64,000 nucleotides of DNA. Source: an uncultured Acidobacteriota bacterium. GTDB taxonomy: Bacteria; Acidobacteriota; UBA6911; RPQK01; JAPXNP01. The notes beneath the pieces are model-generated. The model ran no database searches. It had not been told where the DNA came from and saw only the letters and a program-made list of their open reading frames with translations. Positions 46,036-55,868 of the stretch are shown in pieces; the first letter of the stretch is position 1; the number at the start of each line of letters is the position of its first letter. The translations under genes were made by a program, and so were the position numbers. The stretch is from the NCBI GenBank assembly GCA_963777605.1, contig CAVZRV010000031.1, forward strand, positions 224,001-288,000, read 5' to 3'.

Positions 46036-47575
46036 CTATTGAACGGCGGGTTCCGAAAGCTTGACGGGGGGCACCGGGATTCCCCTTCGTCTGTATTCCG
46101 CGAGCCTCTTTTCTAGCTGAGTCGCCTTCAGATCACACTGCTGCAGGTGGGACAGGCTGTTGAGTTGGTCCCCGGTCATGCGATAGCCGATTGCCAGTAG
46201 TTGGTGAAGTCTGGTTTTCTGGTCCGGATTGAGGATCGCATCGCCGTACTCGAGGTACTTCTCCGCGAAGTCGTTCAACTCCACGAAATAGAGCCCCTCC
46301 AGCAACTCCGAACCGTAGCTGTCGATCTGACGGCTTATCGGAGCATAGAGCACCTGCGGTTCTCTCGGGTACTTGCCAGACTCGACGCCGCGCAAGAGGA
46401 ACGCGTCGCGCGCCTTTTCCATGAGGAGGTGTCTGCTGCGCCACTGTCCGGGACTGCGCAGACTGCTCTCCCTCATCTTCTCGGCAAGTTCCACAAGAAG
46501 TTCGCCATATCGGACAAACGGCTTCCACAGGTGTGTCCGCTCCCCGGATGCACGGGAAAGATCCACGAGCAGTGCATGCAGACGTTCCAGGCGACCCCGA
46601 AGATCTGCGGTCGGAGGCAGGCGGAATCCTGGGTCAACCGCGAATGCGGGGAATTCGAGCCTCCACTCCTCCCGTCCACAGGGAACTTCCGAGGTGCTCC
46701 AGTCGGGCGGGTCCAATCTCAGGTAACTCGGGGCACTCGGCTCCAGGCGAAAATCGTCCTCCAACTGAACCAGGAACTGGTACAGCTTCGTGGTCGACGA
46801 CAGATTCGAAAAGTCAAATCGGATCAATACATTGTACAGAAAGGCCAGGCGATTCCGGGCCTCGGGGAACTCCTGGTAGGCCTTGCACAATGCCGGTCCC
46901 AGCACCGTCCCGAACTGCTGGCCAAACAGCGTCGGGAAACGATCCGCGTTTTCCAGCGACAGATCAATGAACTGCTCCAGTTCTGAAAGTCCTGGTGCCG
47001 TTGCCTCCTCGGAGCCGCCTTCCTCGCTCTTCTGGTTGGCAAGTTGCTCGAAAACCAGCCGGTAATCCTCCAGCGCCGATTCGACCATCGAGATGCACTC
47101 CATGACGGGAAGATCCTCGTCAATCATGCAGAAGTGGATTCTCGAGGAGGCGTGTGCGAGGCGGTCCTGGAATTCGAGATCGGGTTCGGCAATCTGCTTT
47201 CTCGTCTCTTCGTAGAAGTCGAGGATGCGCCCCTGGAGGCAGTGGAAATCCGCCCGTTCCTCGGCGGGACCGGGAAAAAGGTGGTAGTCGTTAACGCAGG
47301 CGGCGATCTTTGAGGCGACCACAAGGTTATCCCGCAGGGAGCGCTGGTCCGGAGCCGACTTGGTGATCAGCAGCATCTCACGAAAGTGCTCGATCTGTCC
47401 GAACTGTTCCGGATCGACACAATCGAGCCTGCTCGACGGCCCGCTCGGCTTCGGCCTCCGTGCATTTTCCGCCGGGGGCTGCAGGGCGCTCCTGGGCGAG
47501 AACCATCGAGCCGGAAACGAGCAGCACTACAGCCACCAAAACGATATGGCGCCTCGAGCAAAGTATCTGCCTCAT
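46036..47575 (-). CDS. Hypothetical secreted alpha-helical (TPR-like) protein, frameshift near 47400
   Basis: Signal peptide MRQILCSRRHIVLVAVVLLVSGSMVLAQ in ORF 47378..47617, continuing in the 446-aa ORF. Confidence 0.6.
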
Positions 47576-47746
47576 CCTTCTTCCAACTTCCTGACTGATC
47601 AATCCAAATCGCTCCAAACTAGCTCCGCCTACCGTTCAGAGAGTAAAACGTGCCACGAGTGTCTTAACTGACTAAGCCGCGAAGGCGCTAAGCAATCTCT
47701 TGTTTGCAACTGTAGAAGCCCTTGGCGATCTTCGCGACTTGGCGTT

Positions 47747-48919
47747 TCAGATTTCTGCGGTAGGCGACGGCTCCTTTCGGGAACGCGAAGATCGCCGTGG
47801 CAAGCTGCTCCGGTGCCGGACTAACCATGCCGGCCGCCTAGGATTGCACCGGAACACCCGGATCGCGCCAGGTTCTTCCGAGTTCCAGCTCAAACTCCTC
47901 CAAATCCTCCAGTGCATCCAAGATCGAAGTTTCAACTCAGCGGGATCCCCTGCCCTGTCAATGCCTTCTTCCAACCCTGCTCCTCGGCCCGCAGCACATT
48001 CGATGCGGTCCTCGACGTCATTCCAAAACCGGACCGCCTCGGCCAGAAAATCCATGTCCGGGATGAGCTCTTTCTGGGTCAGGTTCAATGACGTGATCTG
48101 ACGATCGAGGTAGCCGGCTTCGTCGGACGTCCCGCACCCAGGCTCCTCGGTGTCGACCCGTCTCAGCCAATCGGTCTGTCGGACGACATTTTCCAGGGCA
48201 CGGCGTCGCGCGTCGAGACTCAGGCCCTCTGCTGCCCCCTTCGCCCCGGGCAAGTCAAACACACGGGTGGGGACGACCGTGACGTTGGCAATCTGAAAGC
48301 AGCCTTCACCGTTCGTCCCGGAGCCTTCCGCCGCTGGAAAGGGAACGATTCTTGGCACCATCACCAACTGTAATTGCGCCAGATCTTCCAGGAACGTCCC
48401 CAATTCGCTCGCCTCGATCACTTTGACCACTTCCTCGATTCGAGCAGGCCCGCCAACCGGCAGCGCGAACCGGCGCGTTGCCTCCTGGTCCGCCCGCTCC
48501 ACCCGCAGGCGCGAGATCCCGTAGAACTGAAACGACTTGTCCGCGGCGAACAGGCCCGCGGGTTGCTCCAGTCCTTCGGCCGACAGCGAACCGGCATCCA
48601 CGTAGAGCCGCAACGTGAGATCGTTCCCGGCTTCGAGGGAACAGGGAGCGTTGCTTTCGGTGAACGACTCGTAGAAGCTCTTGAGCTTCTCGATCTTGCT
48701 CCACTCGGGAAGGGACGGCTGTCCGGGCACATCCTGGACCAGTCCCAGGTCCGCGGCAATCATCTCGGGAGACTTCGGGACCACAATGTCTTCGGTCTTG
48801 CACAGTTGCTGGGCCGACACTGGAACCAGGGTCGCTGCCCCCGCCAACACTATCAAGCCCATCAACAGAGAATTGATCTTCAATTTGGCCGCTGCCCTTC
48901 TGCGATATTCAACGTTCAA
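47747..48919 (-). CDS. Hypothetical secreted protein
   Basis: Signal peptide LLMGLIVLAGAATLVPVSAQ. Overlaps the upstream gene's stop. C-terminus possibly frameshifted. Confidence 0.6.
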   Translation of the reverse strand: MNVEYRRRAAAKLKINSLLMGLIVLAGAATLVPVSAQQLCKTEDIVVPKSPEMIAADLGLVQDVPGQPSLPEWSKIEKLKSFYESFTESNAPCSLEAGNDLTLRLYVDAGSLSAEGLEQPAGLFAADKSFQFYGISRLRVERADQEATRRFALPVGGPARIEEVVKVIEASELGTFLEDLAQLQLVMVPRIVPFPAAEGSGTNGEGCFQIANVTVVPTRVFDLPGAKGAAEGLSLDARRRALENVVRQTDWLRRVDTEEPGCGTSDEAGYLDRQITSLNLTQKELIPDMDFLAEAVRFWNDVEDRIECAAGRGAGLEEGIDRAGDPAELKLRSWMHWRIWRSLSWNSEEPGAIRVFRCNPRRPAWLVRHRSSLPRRSSRSRKEPSPTAEI

Positions 48920-50180
48920 TTCGGATCCTCATCGGCTGGGATTGGAAATCATCGCTGGCGACAATGCGGAGTTCCTGCGACTCACCCGGTCGCAGAATAT
49001 CCTCGATTCGCCCGGTCACCTTGAGATGCCAGTCGCCGGTCAGGGGATCGCGACGCAACTCGTAGGGAACTCCTGCCGGCTGAAGATTGGAGAAGCGTGC
49101 CACCCGAACGTCCGGGCGCCCTCCGATGGGGTCGGTCGTCCCATCGGGATCAATGATGTGGCGACTGAGGTTGAAGTAGTAGTAGCCCTGGTCCCGCTCG
49201 AAGAAGTTCCACTCGTAGAAGATCCGAACGAAGTAGACGTCGCTTTCCCCGGGGCCCAGGTAAGTGGATCGCGGCGGCTCGTTCTTCAGCAGGCTGAAAC
49301 CGACCGTGAAGTCCACCTGGACCTTGTTCGCATCGAAATAGTGACCGCGCTGTTCGTAGGTCTGCCCCGGAGCCAGCGAGCGAATCGGACGGAGCCGGCC
49401 CCGGTCAAAATCGGCTTCCAGGATGGCCCCATTCTTCCACTCCCCGCCCGCCGCTCCTTCCAGCACGCGAATCTGGCGGTACCGGTCCCATCCGCCCCAC
49501 GCCCCACCTTCCTTCAGTCGTTCCGAGATCAACCGGGGGAGCGGAAACGGCCGGCCCTGGACCACGGGGATGTCTCCGAAGCGGAGTTCCTCCTGCCGCA
49601 GGAACTTGACGAGGCGACTGTACTCACCCTGCTCGCCACGGCGGTCCTGGAGTCGCCCTCTGCGGAAGAACTTGAAACCGAACCGGACGTTGTAGTCACC
49701 CGAAACCAGTCGCGTCTCGTCCCCTACGAGGTCCAGCAGGTTGAAGGTCACTCGATGCAGGACCGCCTTGTCTCCTCCGGTCAGCTGGTCCCAGCTCAGG
49801 TTGACACAGTACGGCAGGTCCGCCCGGCAGGGTTCCGAGGGAGCCAGCGTCGAAGCGAGGAGTTCCTCTCCCAGGTGGTTCTTCAGCGAGAGCACATAGA
49901 CGACGAACGTGTCGTAGGGCTGACCGAGGGAGAGGGGCTTGAATTCGATCGAAATATAGGGATCGTCCGGGGTGACCACCTCGTCCGGCGCTGCGGTCTC
50001 TCCGGCTTCGATGCTCACCGGAATGTGGAAGACGTAGTAGTAGTCCTCGAAAAAGCTGACGCCCAACTGCGTATTGAGCGCATTCTGGTAGAGAAACACC
50101 AGGGCGATGACGATTTTCGCCACGTTCATCCAGAGATTGGCGAAGTCATAGCCGGCGGCCCGGTGGATTGCATTGTTCAT
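48909..50180 (-). CDS. Hypothetical membrane-anchored/secreted beta-rich protein (423 aa)
   Basis: Long ORF with N-terminal hydrophobic segment (VAKIVIALVFLY) and aromatic-rich beta-like segments. Confidence 0.65.
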   Translation of the reverse strand: MNNAIHRAAGYDFANLWMNVAKIVIALVFLYQNALNTQLGVSFFEDYYYVFHIPVSIEAGETAAPDEVVTPDDPYISIEFKPLSLGQPYDTFVVYVLSLKNHLGEELLASTLAPSEPCRADLPYCVNLSWDQLTGGDKAVLHRVTFNLLDLVGDETRLVSGDYNVRFGFKFFRRGRLQDRRGEQGEYSRLVKFLRQEELRFGDIPVVQGRPFPLPRLISERLKEGGAWGGWDRYRQIRVLEGAAGGEWKNGAILEADFDRGRLRPIRSLAPGQTYEQRGHYFDANKVQVDFTVGFSLLKNEPPRSTYLGPGESDVYFVRIFYEWNFFERDQGYYYFNLSRHIIDPDGTTDPIGGRPDVRVARFSNLQPAGVPYELRRDPLTGDWHLKVTGRIEDILRPGESQELRIVASDDFQSQPMRIRIER

Positions 50181-50203
50181 ATCAGCGAGGTCTCACGAAA
50201 CGG

Positions 50204-50764
50204 TCAGCCATCCTGACGAATCGCCTTCAGTTCCGCCCTTCCGGCAAGCACTCTGAGCGCGGCGAATCCAGCAATTGAGAACACCATGACGAGCAGAAGC
50301 ACCTTGGCCAGCGTATCGATCCAAGGCACGCTTCCCGCGATGATCGGCAGCAGCATCGCCGCCGCCCCACAGAACAGACCGCACGCCGAGACCACCGTTG
50401 CCGCGGTATAGAGCTTTGATGTCGTGAGGTTGGCATCGAAGGGCGGTCGGCTGAGCGACACGTTCGCTCGCTGAAACCACTCCCGAAGCGCCGTCGGGGC
50501 AGTGCGGCCAAAGGTCACCTCGACCCCGTCGTGACTTCGTTCGGTTATTCGGCACTCACACCGCCAAACCCCTGGCAGGAAGGGATTCTTGTTCCATTCA
50601 ACCGTGAGGTCCTCGAGACCCGCCGGAGGCTCCTCCCACTCAATGAACATGCCGGCCGGACCAAGTCGAATCCGGCGGGGCACGAACGTGACCCGTTCCG
50701 AATCCGGTCCAGGATAGGTCACTTTGAGATCAAGTCCTGCCAGACCCAATTCGCACAGCTTCAT
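50204..50764 (-). CDS. Hypothetical membrane protein (PilZ-like N-domain possible, two C-terminal TMs)
   Basis: RBS AAAGGA before MKLCELG. RLGPAGMFIE resembles the PilZ D/NxSxxG strand. Two TM helices at the C-terminus. Confidence 0.55.
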   Translation of the reverse strand: MKLCELGLAGLDLKVTYPGPDSERVTFVPRRIRLGPAGMFIEWEEPPAGLEDLTVEWNKNPFLPGVWRCECRITERSHDGVEVTFGRTAPTALREWFQRANVSLSRPPFDANLTTSKLYTAATVVSACGLFCGAAAMLLPIIAGSVPWIDTLAKVLLLVMVFSIAGFAALRVLAGRAELKAIRQDG

Positions 50765-51263
50765 TCCTTTTACACCCTCTCCGTGAGGCACCGTCTGCAC
50801 GAGGCGCCACTGCCACCGGACGATCGACCGGCGATACTGCCGCTGGGACAAGTCACCGTCACGCAGGATGGGAACCGGTCGCACTACCGGTCGAATTTCC
50901 AGGATCGAATCGAAGCCCCCACCCGGCGGATTCCGTTATCTTACCCGCCAACGGCAGAAATTCAATAGACGGACGGAAATCATCGGAGTCCAACCTGTGG
51001 CACACCGCCGTCCGGTTAGCTTCTGCGGCTGCCTCTCGGATTCATTTGGAATGCGTGAACCGACAGGTTTCGCTTTGGGACCGGGCAGGTCGGCCGGAAG
51101 CAAAAGCTTCCGCCGTGGGGGCAAGAGCTGAACCTCTCGATTCAGCACCAAATGAGCGTGGGTTTGGGCTTGGGGTGCTTCCGTAGTCTGAATCCCGGGC
51201 TGCCGATACCGGGCAATCGATGGTGGAACCTGGTACGGAACACGTTGGCCCTGGAATTGCGAA

Positions 51264-52130
51264 CTATTCAACGGGTTGACCGGAACCTTCAAGCTCCGGG
51301 TAGTGCTTCACCAGGCAATCAGGGCAAACTCCGTGCGTGAATCCAGCGTCTGAATGCTGCGCCACATAGTTCTCAACCTGATCCCAGTACCCCTTATCAT
51401 TTCGTATTTTCTTGCAGAATGAGCAGATGGGCAGGATACCCCTGAGAGTCTTTACTTCAGCCAGCGTCTTTTCCAGGCGTCCCACCGTCTTGAGCAGTCT
51501 TTCGATGATCGGATCGATGATCTTGACGAATACGCCCGCCCCAATCGTAATCACCAGGATTGCGATGAGCGCGCTCAGCAGAGCAGCCCTGACGAAGGGT
51601 GCCCTGATTTCCGAAAGATCAATCTTCGACACGATCCCAAGGTCCAGGACGGCTACCGGCTCATAGGCGGCAAGCACCCGTTCTCCCCGATAGTCGAGAC
51701 CGACGATTGTCCCGGATTGCCCCTTCAATGCCAACCGCATGGGCTCGGCCAGATCAGAAATCCAGGGAATCGGTCGTGGATTGCTGAGATCGAAGTGACG
51801 ATGATTCAAGAGAAAGACGATTTGGTCATTCTCCTTCGCCGACAGCGTCAGCTCGCCACTCTTGCCAAACCCGCCATAGTTGGCATGGGCTTCCCGTATT
51901 TGGTCGAGTGTCGCCTGCCTCGCCCCGAGTGGATAATCGCCGCTGTAGTTCTGGTCAAAGCGAGCGACCGCTTCAATCATTCGAGCCTGGCTCTTGGCGA
52001 TCCCTTCAAGACGCAAACGTTCTTCTTCAAACGCAGTCTGGTATAGAAGGCCGATCGCAATCGACTCGACAACAAGAACTACCAACGACATAATGCCGAT
52101 CAAAAGCGCGATTCTCTTACGGAAATTCAT
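51264..52130 (-). CDS. Membrane sensor with Cache-like domain and C-terminal Cys-rich (LPIC..CKKIR..HG.CP.C) domain
   Basis: TM, Cache-like segment (GLDYRGERVLAAYEPV..GIVSKID), TM, then LRGILPICSFCKKIRNDKGYWDQVE..FTHGVCPDC. Confidence 0.8.
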   Translation of the reverse strand: MNFRKRIALLIGIMSLVVLVVESIAIGLLYQTAFEEERLRLEGIAKSQARMIEAVARFDQNYSGDYPLGARQATLDQIREAHANYGGFGKSGELTLSAKENDQIVFLLNHRHFDLSNPRPIPWISDLAEPMRLALKGQSGTIVGLDYRGERVLAAYEPVAVLDLGIVSKIDLSEIRAPFVRAALLSALIAILVITIGAGVFVKIIDPIIERLLKTVGRLEKTLAEVKTLRGILPICSFCKKIRNDKGYWDQVENYVAQHSDAGFTHGVCPDCLVKHYPELEGSGQPVE

Positions 52131-52336
52131 CCGGGGCCTCTCTTCGTTTCGGCTGGTGATTTCGCTGCCCCATCGAAGCCCGGTAACCGAGTCGGGTGAA
52201 GATCATCAGTCTGCAGTCAGGCGATTTCGTTCAATCTGTTCGCAACGCGATTCGGAAACTCCCAAAGTTGGGCATACTGTCTCCCGCGGCCTAAAAGGGA
52301 CCGCGCCGATCCAACCGGAGATCGAAAATGAGGATG

Positions 52337-53659
52337 TCACCGTTGCCTGTCGCCGATTTTCGCTGGATCCCAGCCATCGAAATGAACCGGAGTCTCCTGC
52401 AACCAACGTTGGAAGAACGTCTGCCAGGCCGGATCGATGTTGGGTCCGTTGGCGTGGTGACCGTCCGCGGTGGACGCGAAAACCAGGCGCTCGCCGATCC
52501 CGAGTAGTTCGTAGACTTCTTTGGCCCGGTTGAAGTAACCCCAGCTCTCGAGATCGTCCGAGTCTCCGCCCTGGTCTTCCGACTGGCTCCCCCCGATGAG
52601 CAGGAAGGGGCGCGGTGCGGCCATCGCCAGCAGTTCGTGGTGGTTTCGCTCGAACCCGGGGCGGCCGGGGTCGGGGTTGAGAAGGCTCTGCACCGTCCCC
52701 CTGAGTTCTGGAATCGCGTAATCACCGGTTTCTATGTCAGGAAACCGGTGTTGCCAGTCCAGGTACCATTTGGAATAGTAGTTGGTCCCCCCGTTGATCG
52801 CGATGTGGGGGTCAACCGCGACAACTGCCGTGATTTCAGGAGCCAATGCCCCCACATAAACCGCGGTCTTGGCACTCAACGAGAAGCCGATGAAGCCGAT
52901 CCGGCTGCTGTCCACCTCCGGGCGGGACTTCAGGTAGAACACCTCCCGCTGAACATCGTGAACCATCTTGGCCATCGGAAGCCACCGGCCAAACCGTCCA
53001 TACAGCAACTCGGACGCTCCTGTTCCGTAGGTCGTCCCGTCACGGTAGTTGCGGATGAACGACCAACTCGTGAGTACAACAAATCCATGGGAGGCCAGAT
53101 ATTCGCCCCACCAGATTTCCGGCTGTTGATAGTCGGGTGTGGTAGAGGTCCAGGCAATCACCGCCGGGAAGGGACCCGGTCCCTGGCCTCGCGGCAGAAG
53201 GAGAAGGTGTTTTTGGTAGAAGTCGACCTCAATGGGGATTTCCAGGTCGATTCGGGTGTAGTGGTCACGTTCTTCGGTACTGTTGATCTGAACCTTCGTC
53301 ACGTCTCCGAACCACTGCGCATCCTGTCGATCCGGCCCCAGCTTGCCCAGCACCTTGGTCCACAATGCAACCAGTTCGGGCCGGCGCCGGCCGTACCACT
53401 CCTCGGCGGTGGTGACCACGTTGCCGTTCTCCATCCGAAGCGGGGAAATCAGCGGAGTTTTCTCCTGTCCGGTTTCCGGGGCCGGAGTCCCACGGCTGTT
53501 TGCGACATGGTAGTTCCGCCGCTCCAACTCCCGTTGAGCCGGAACCGGAACCACGACGTCGGTCGGCTCCGTCTGGGCGAGCCCGGTCGGAAGACTACCG
53601 GCAAACACGGCCATGAAGAAGGTGAACAATCCCAGACGAGAGAGGTATCCGTTGTTCAT
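52337..53659 (-). CDS. Secreted alpha/beta-hydrolase (dienelactone hydrolase/carbohydrate esterase-like)
   Basis: Signal peptide, GPFPAVI, LKSRPEVDSSRIGFIGFSLSAK (nucleophile elbow), HHELLAMAAPRPFLLIGG, GHH. Confidence 0.82.
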   Translation of the reverse strand: MNNGYLSRLGLFTFFMAVFAGSLPTGLAQTEPTDVVVPVPAQRELERRNYHVANSRGTPAPETGQEKTPLISPLRMENGNVVTTAEEWYGRRRPELVALWTKVLGKLGPDRQDAQWFGDVTKVQINSTEERDHYTRIDLEIPIEVDFYQKHLLLLPRGQGPGPFPAVIAWTSTTPDYQQPEIWWGEYLASHGFVVLTSWSFIRNYRDGTTYGTGASELLYGRFGRWLPMAKMVHDVQREVFYLKSRPEVDSSRIGFIGFSLSAKTAVYVGALAPEITAVVAVDPHIAINGGTNYYSKWYLDWQHRFPDIETGDYAIPELRGTVQSLLNPDPGRPGFERNHHELLAMAAPRPFLLIGGSQSEDQGGDSDDLESWGYFNRAKEVYELLGIGERLVFASTADGHHANGPNIDPAWQTFFQRWLQETPVHFDGWDPAKIGDRQR

Positions 53660-53721
53660 GATGTCCCTTCGAATCAACCCACGAAAGATACCAGTAACTG
53701 CTGAAGCCGTATACCTGCACC

Positions 53722-55404
53722 TCAACACGGGAGAGAATTGAGATCGAACAACTCTTCGTCATCCATCTCTCTGGTCGGCTCCAGGAATCGACTCACCCGC
53801 TCCTTGAGATCGCCACACTGGAACGCCAGGTCGGGGTAAGCGCGGGCGACGTTCTCGAGCCCATCCCGAAGCCCCGTCAGAATCCCCAGCGTGGCATCGA
53901 TGTCGTCAGCAGCCTGGGCCTCAACGGTATCGCGCAACTGACAGTACGTGTGCCGAAGGCCGCTGACCATCCCATCTCGCGCGCCAGCCGTCGCATTCTC
54001 TCCTGCGAAAGCTTCTTCGTCCAGCCTCTGCAGATCCACGATGAGTTCGCTCAACGGCATTCCAATCGCGAACAACCGGGCCGCGAGCGGCGCTTCGGAA
54101 TAGTGGCGGGCCGAAAAGCTCATTTTCCAGACAAGGTCGGGGTCCACCCAGCCGTCGCCAGGGAACCGCACTCCAAGCCGCGTCTCTTCGGCATGTTGCT
54201 CCTCGAAACGTCTATTGAACTCCTCGTGCTGGTGTTGTTCCGCTTCCCATTCGTCGCGGGTCTCGTGCCAGAGCGAAAAGGCGAAGTCGTCATCCATGCC
54301 GCTGCCGTCGAGATGCCAGAAGACCGGCCCGGGCAACTCGGCCTGCATTTCGCAGAACGGGCAGTCGGGATCGACAATCGACTCCTCAGGGCTCATGGCT
54401 TCCGGGATCCGGACCCGTTCGTTGTGCATAATGCTTCGCGGAGTCCGGCCGTGAAACTCCGGATCCGGCGAATCGAACCACCATTCGCGCATTTCGGCCA
54501 GGCGCTCGATTTCCCCAGCGATGAAGTCCTCCCGGTTCAGGCCCTCCGGCTTCGAACTTTCGCAGTCAGCAACGTTATGGCGACAAGCCCACATCAACTC
54601 TCTCGCGAGCTCGTAATAGGAAACCAACTCGTGGGTACCGAATCCGGCCAGTCGATATGCTGCCGAATCGCGATTAAGCCCAGGCGGGCATTGCCCAGTT
54701 CGCGACCACTGCAACTCCCGGTCCTGCAGGTCGGCACAGATGAAATCCCGTTTGGCCAACATGGCTTGCCGGGGTGACTGGCCACGCAGATCGTGGCGCG
54801 ACTCCATCATCCACCGGACGTGGATGTCGCGCACCAGGTCGTACTCCCGCTGATAGGCCGGATCCGCCCAATCCGCTTTGGCGGGCATCCCCTGACCGTG
54901 GAAAGCCTCAAGACACTCTCCCGCGATAAACCGAAGCAGCGGCTCGCCGTAAACCACCTTACGGACGTCGAGAGGCGGCTCCGCGGCACGCCTGAGCCGG
55001 CGTTCTGCAGCCTGCACCCGCCAATCGGTCGCATCGTCCGATAAAAGCCAATCGTCCGACAAATGGTATCCAACTCCAAGGTCCGTGGCACTGTTTCCGT
55101 CGTGGTATTCCACGACTCCTTCCGGATTGGCTGCGGAATAGGTTGAATCACAGACAACAAGCCGGGCCGCCAGATCAACAATCACCAGTCCCGCATCGTG
55201 GGGTCTCTCTCCGCCAGATGCCGAAAAGCCTCCAAAAAAGGTCCCTTTACCTCGTGCCATGAACCGTTCCAAGGCCGCATCCAGTTCCTCGATTGTCTCC
55301 GGTTCGGCGCTCAACGCCGCAATGACACGGTCGGCGAAACTGCCGTGTTGCTTTGCCTGAACCTCGCGGTGTGCGTCACAAATCACCAGTCGTACTTCAC
55401 TCAT
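53722..55404 (-). CDS. Conserved-looking hypothetical protein (560 aa)
   Basis: Strong RBS GGAGGGG, long acidic ORF, motifs AALSAEPETIEEL, DAGLVIVDLAAR, DPDCPFC, FWHLDG. Confidence 0.75.
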   Translation of the reverse strand: MSEVRLVICDAHREVQAKQHGSFADRVIAALSAEPETIEELDAALERFMARGKGTFFGGFSASGGERPHDAGLVIVDLAARLVVCDSTYSAANPEGVVEYHDGNSATDLGVGYHLSDDWLLSDDATDWRVQAAERRLRRAAEPPLDVRKVVYGEPLLRFIAGECLEAFHGQGMPAKADWADPAYQREYDLVRDIHVRWMMESRHDLRGQSPRQAMLAKRDFICADLQDRELQWSRTGQCPPGLNRDSAAYRLAGFGTHELVSYYELARELMWACRHNVADCESSKPEGLNREDFIAGEIERLAEMREWWFDSPDPEFHGRTPRSIMHNERVRIPEAMSPEESIVDPDCPFCEMQAELPGPVFWHLDGSGMDDDFAFSLWHETRDEWEAEQHQHEEFNRRFEEQHAEETRLGVRFPGDGWVDPDLVWKMSFSARHYSEAPLAARLFAIGMPLSELIVDLQRLDEEAFAGENATAGARDGMVSGLRHTYCQLRDTVEAQAADDIDATLGILTGLRDGLENVARAYPDLAFQCGDLKERVSRFLEPTREMDDEELFDLNSLPC

Positions 55405-55703
55405 CTCACCCCTCCTTGATCCTACAATTTCGAATCGCCTTTACTCCAGGCCGACTCGTTTGCAACCACTTGCTCCTTCTACGTCGCCGGGCCCCAGGCG
55501 GGATCTTCCGGCATCGACCTCGAATGGTCGGACGGTCTTCACCTACAAATAACGTTTGAGTCTCCAAATCTGCGGGAATAAGAGCGACAAAAGGGGAGGT
55601 GTAACGTTGACTCGAGAAACGCCGTGAATGAGAGTGTGGATCACGAGGCTGGCCTGACCCGCCGAGCGGCATCGCTGTCCGGTAGTCCCAGACAGGAAAC
55701 AAA

Positions 55704-55868
55704 ATGGAACCGTCAGCGCGGGAGAATGTCACACCGTTGCTGTTGAACTGGCGAAAGGGTGACAAGAGTGCCCTCGACCGCCTGATTCCGCTCGCACACG
55801 GCGAACTGGCCTTTGCAAAAGGTTGGTTGTATCGTGAGTTGACTCCCGGGAGCACCGATGAACGATGA
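55704..55868 (+). pseudogene. Internally deleted TIGR02999-type ECF sigma factor (54-aa in-frame mini-ORF)
   Basis: Manual translation MEPSARENVTPLLLNWRKGDKSALDRLIPLAHGEL-AFAKGWLYRELTPGSTDER*. The family N-terminal motif is joined directly to the C-terminal motif. Overlaps the kinase start. Confidence 0.78.

Noticed and set aside
47640-47656. Sigma-54 promoter candidates with TGGCACG/CGGCACG (also near 35090 and 28660)
   Set aside because: The -12 TTGC element is missing at the required spacing.
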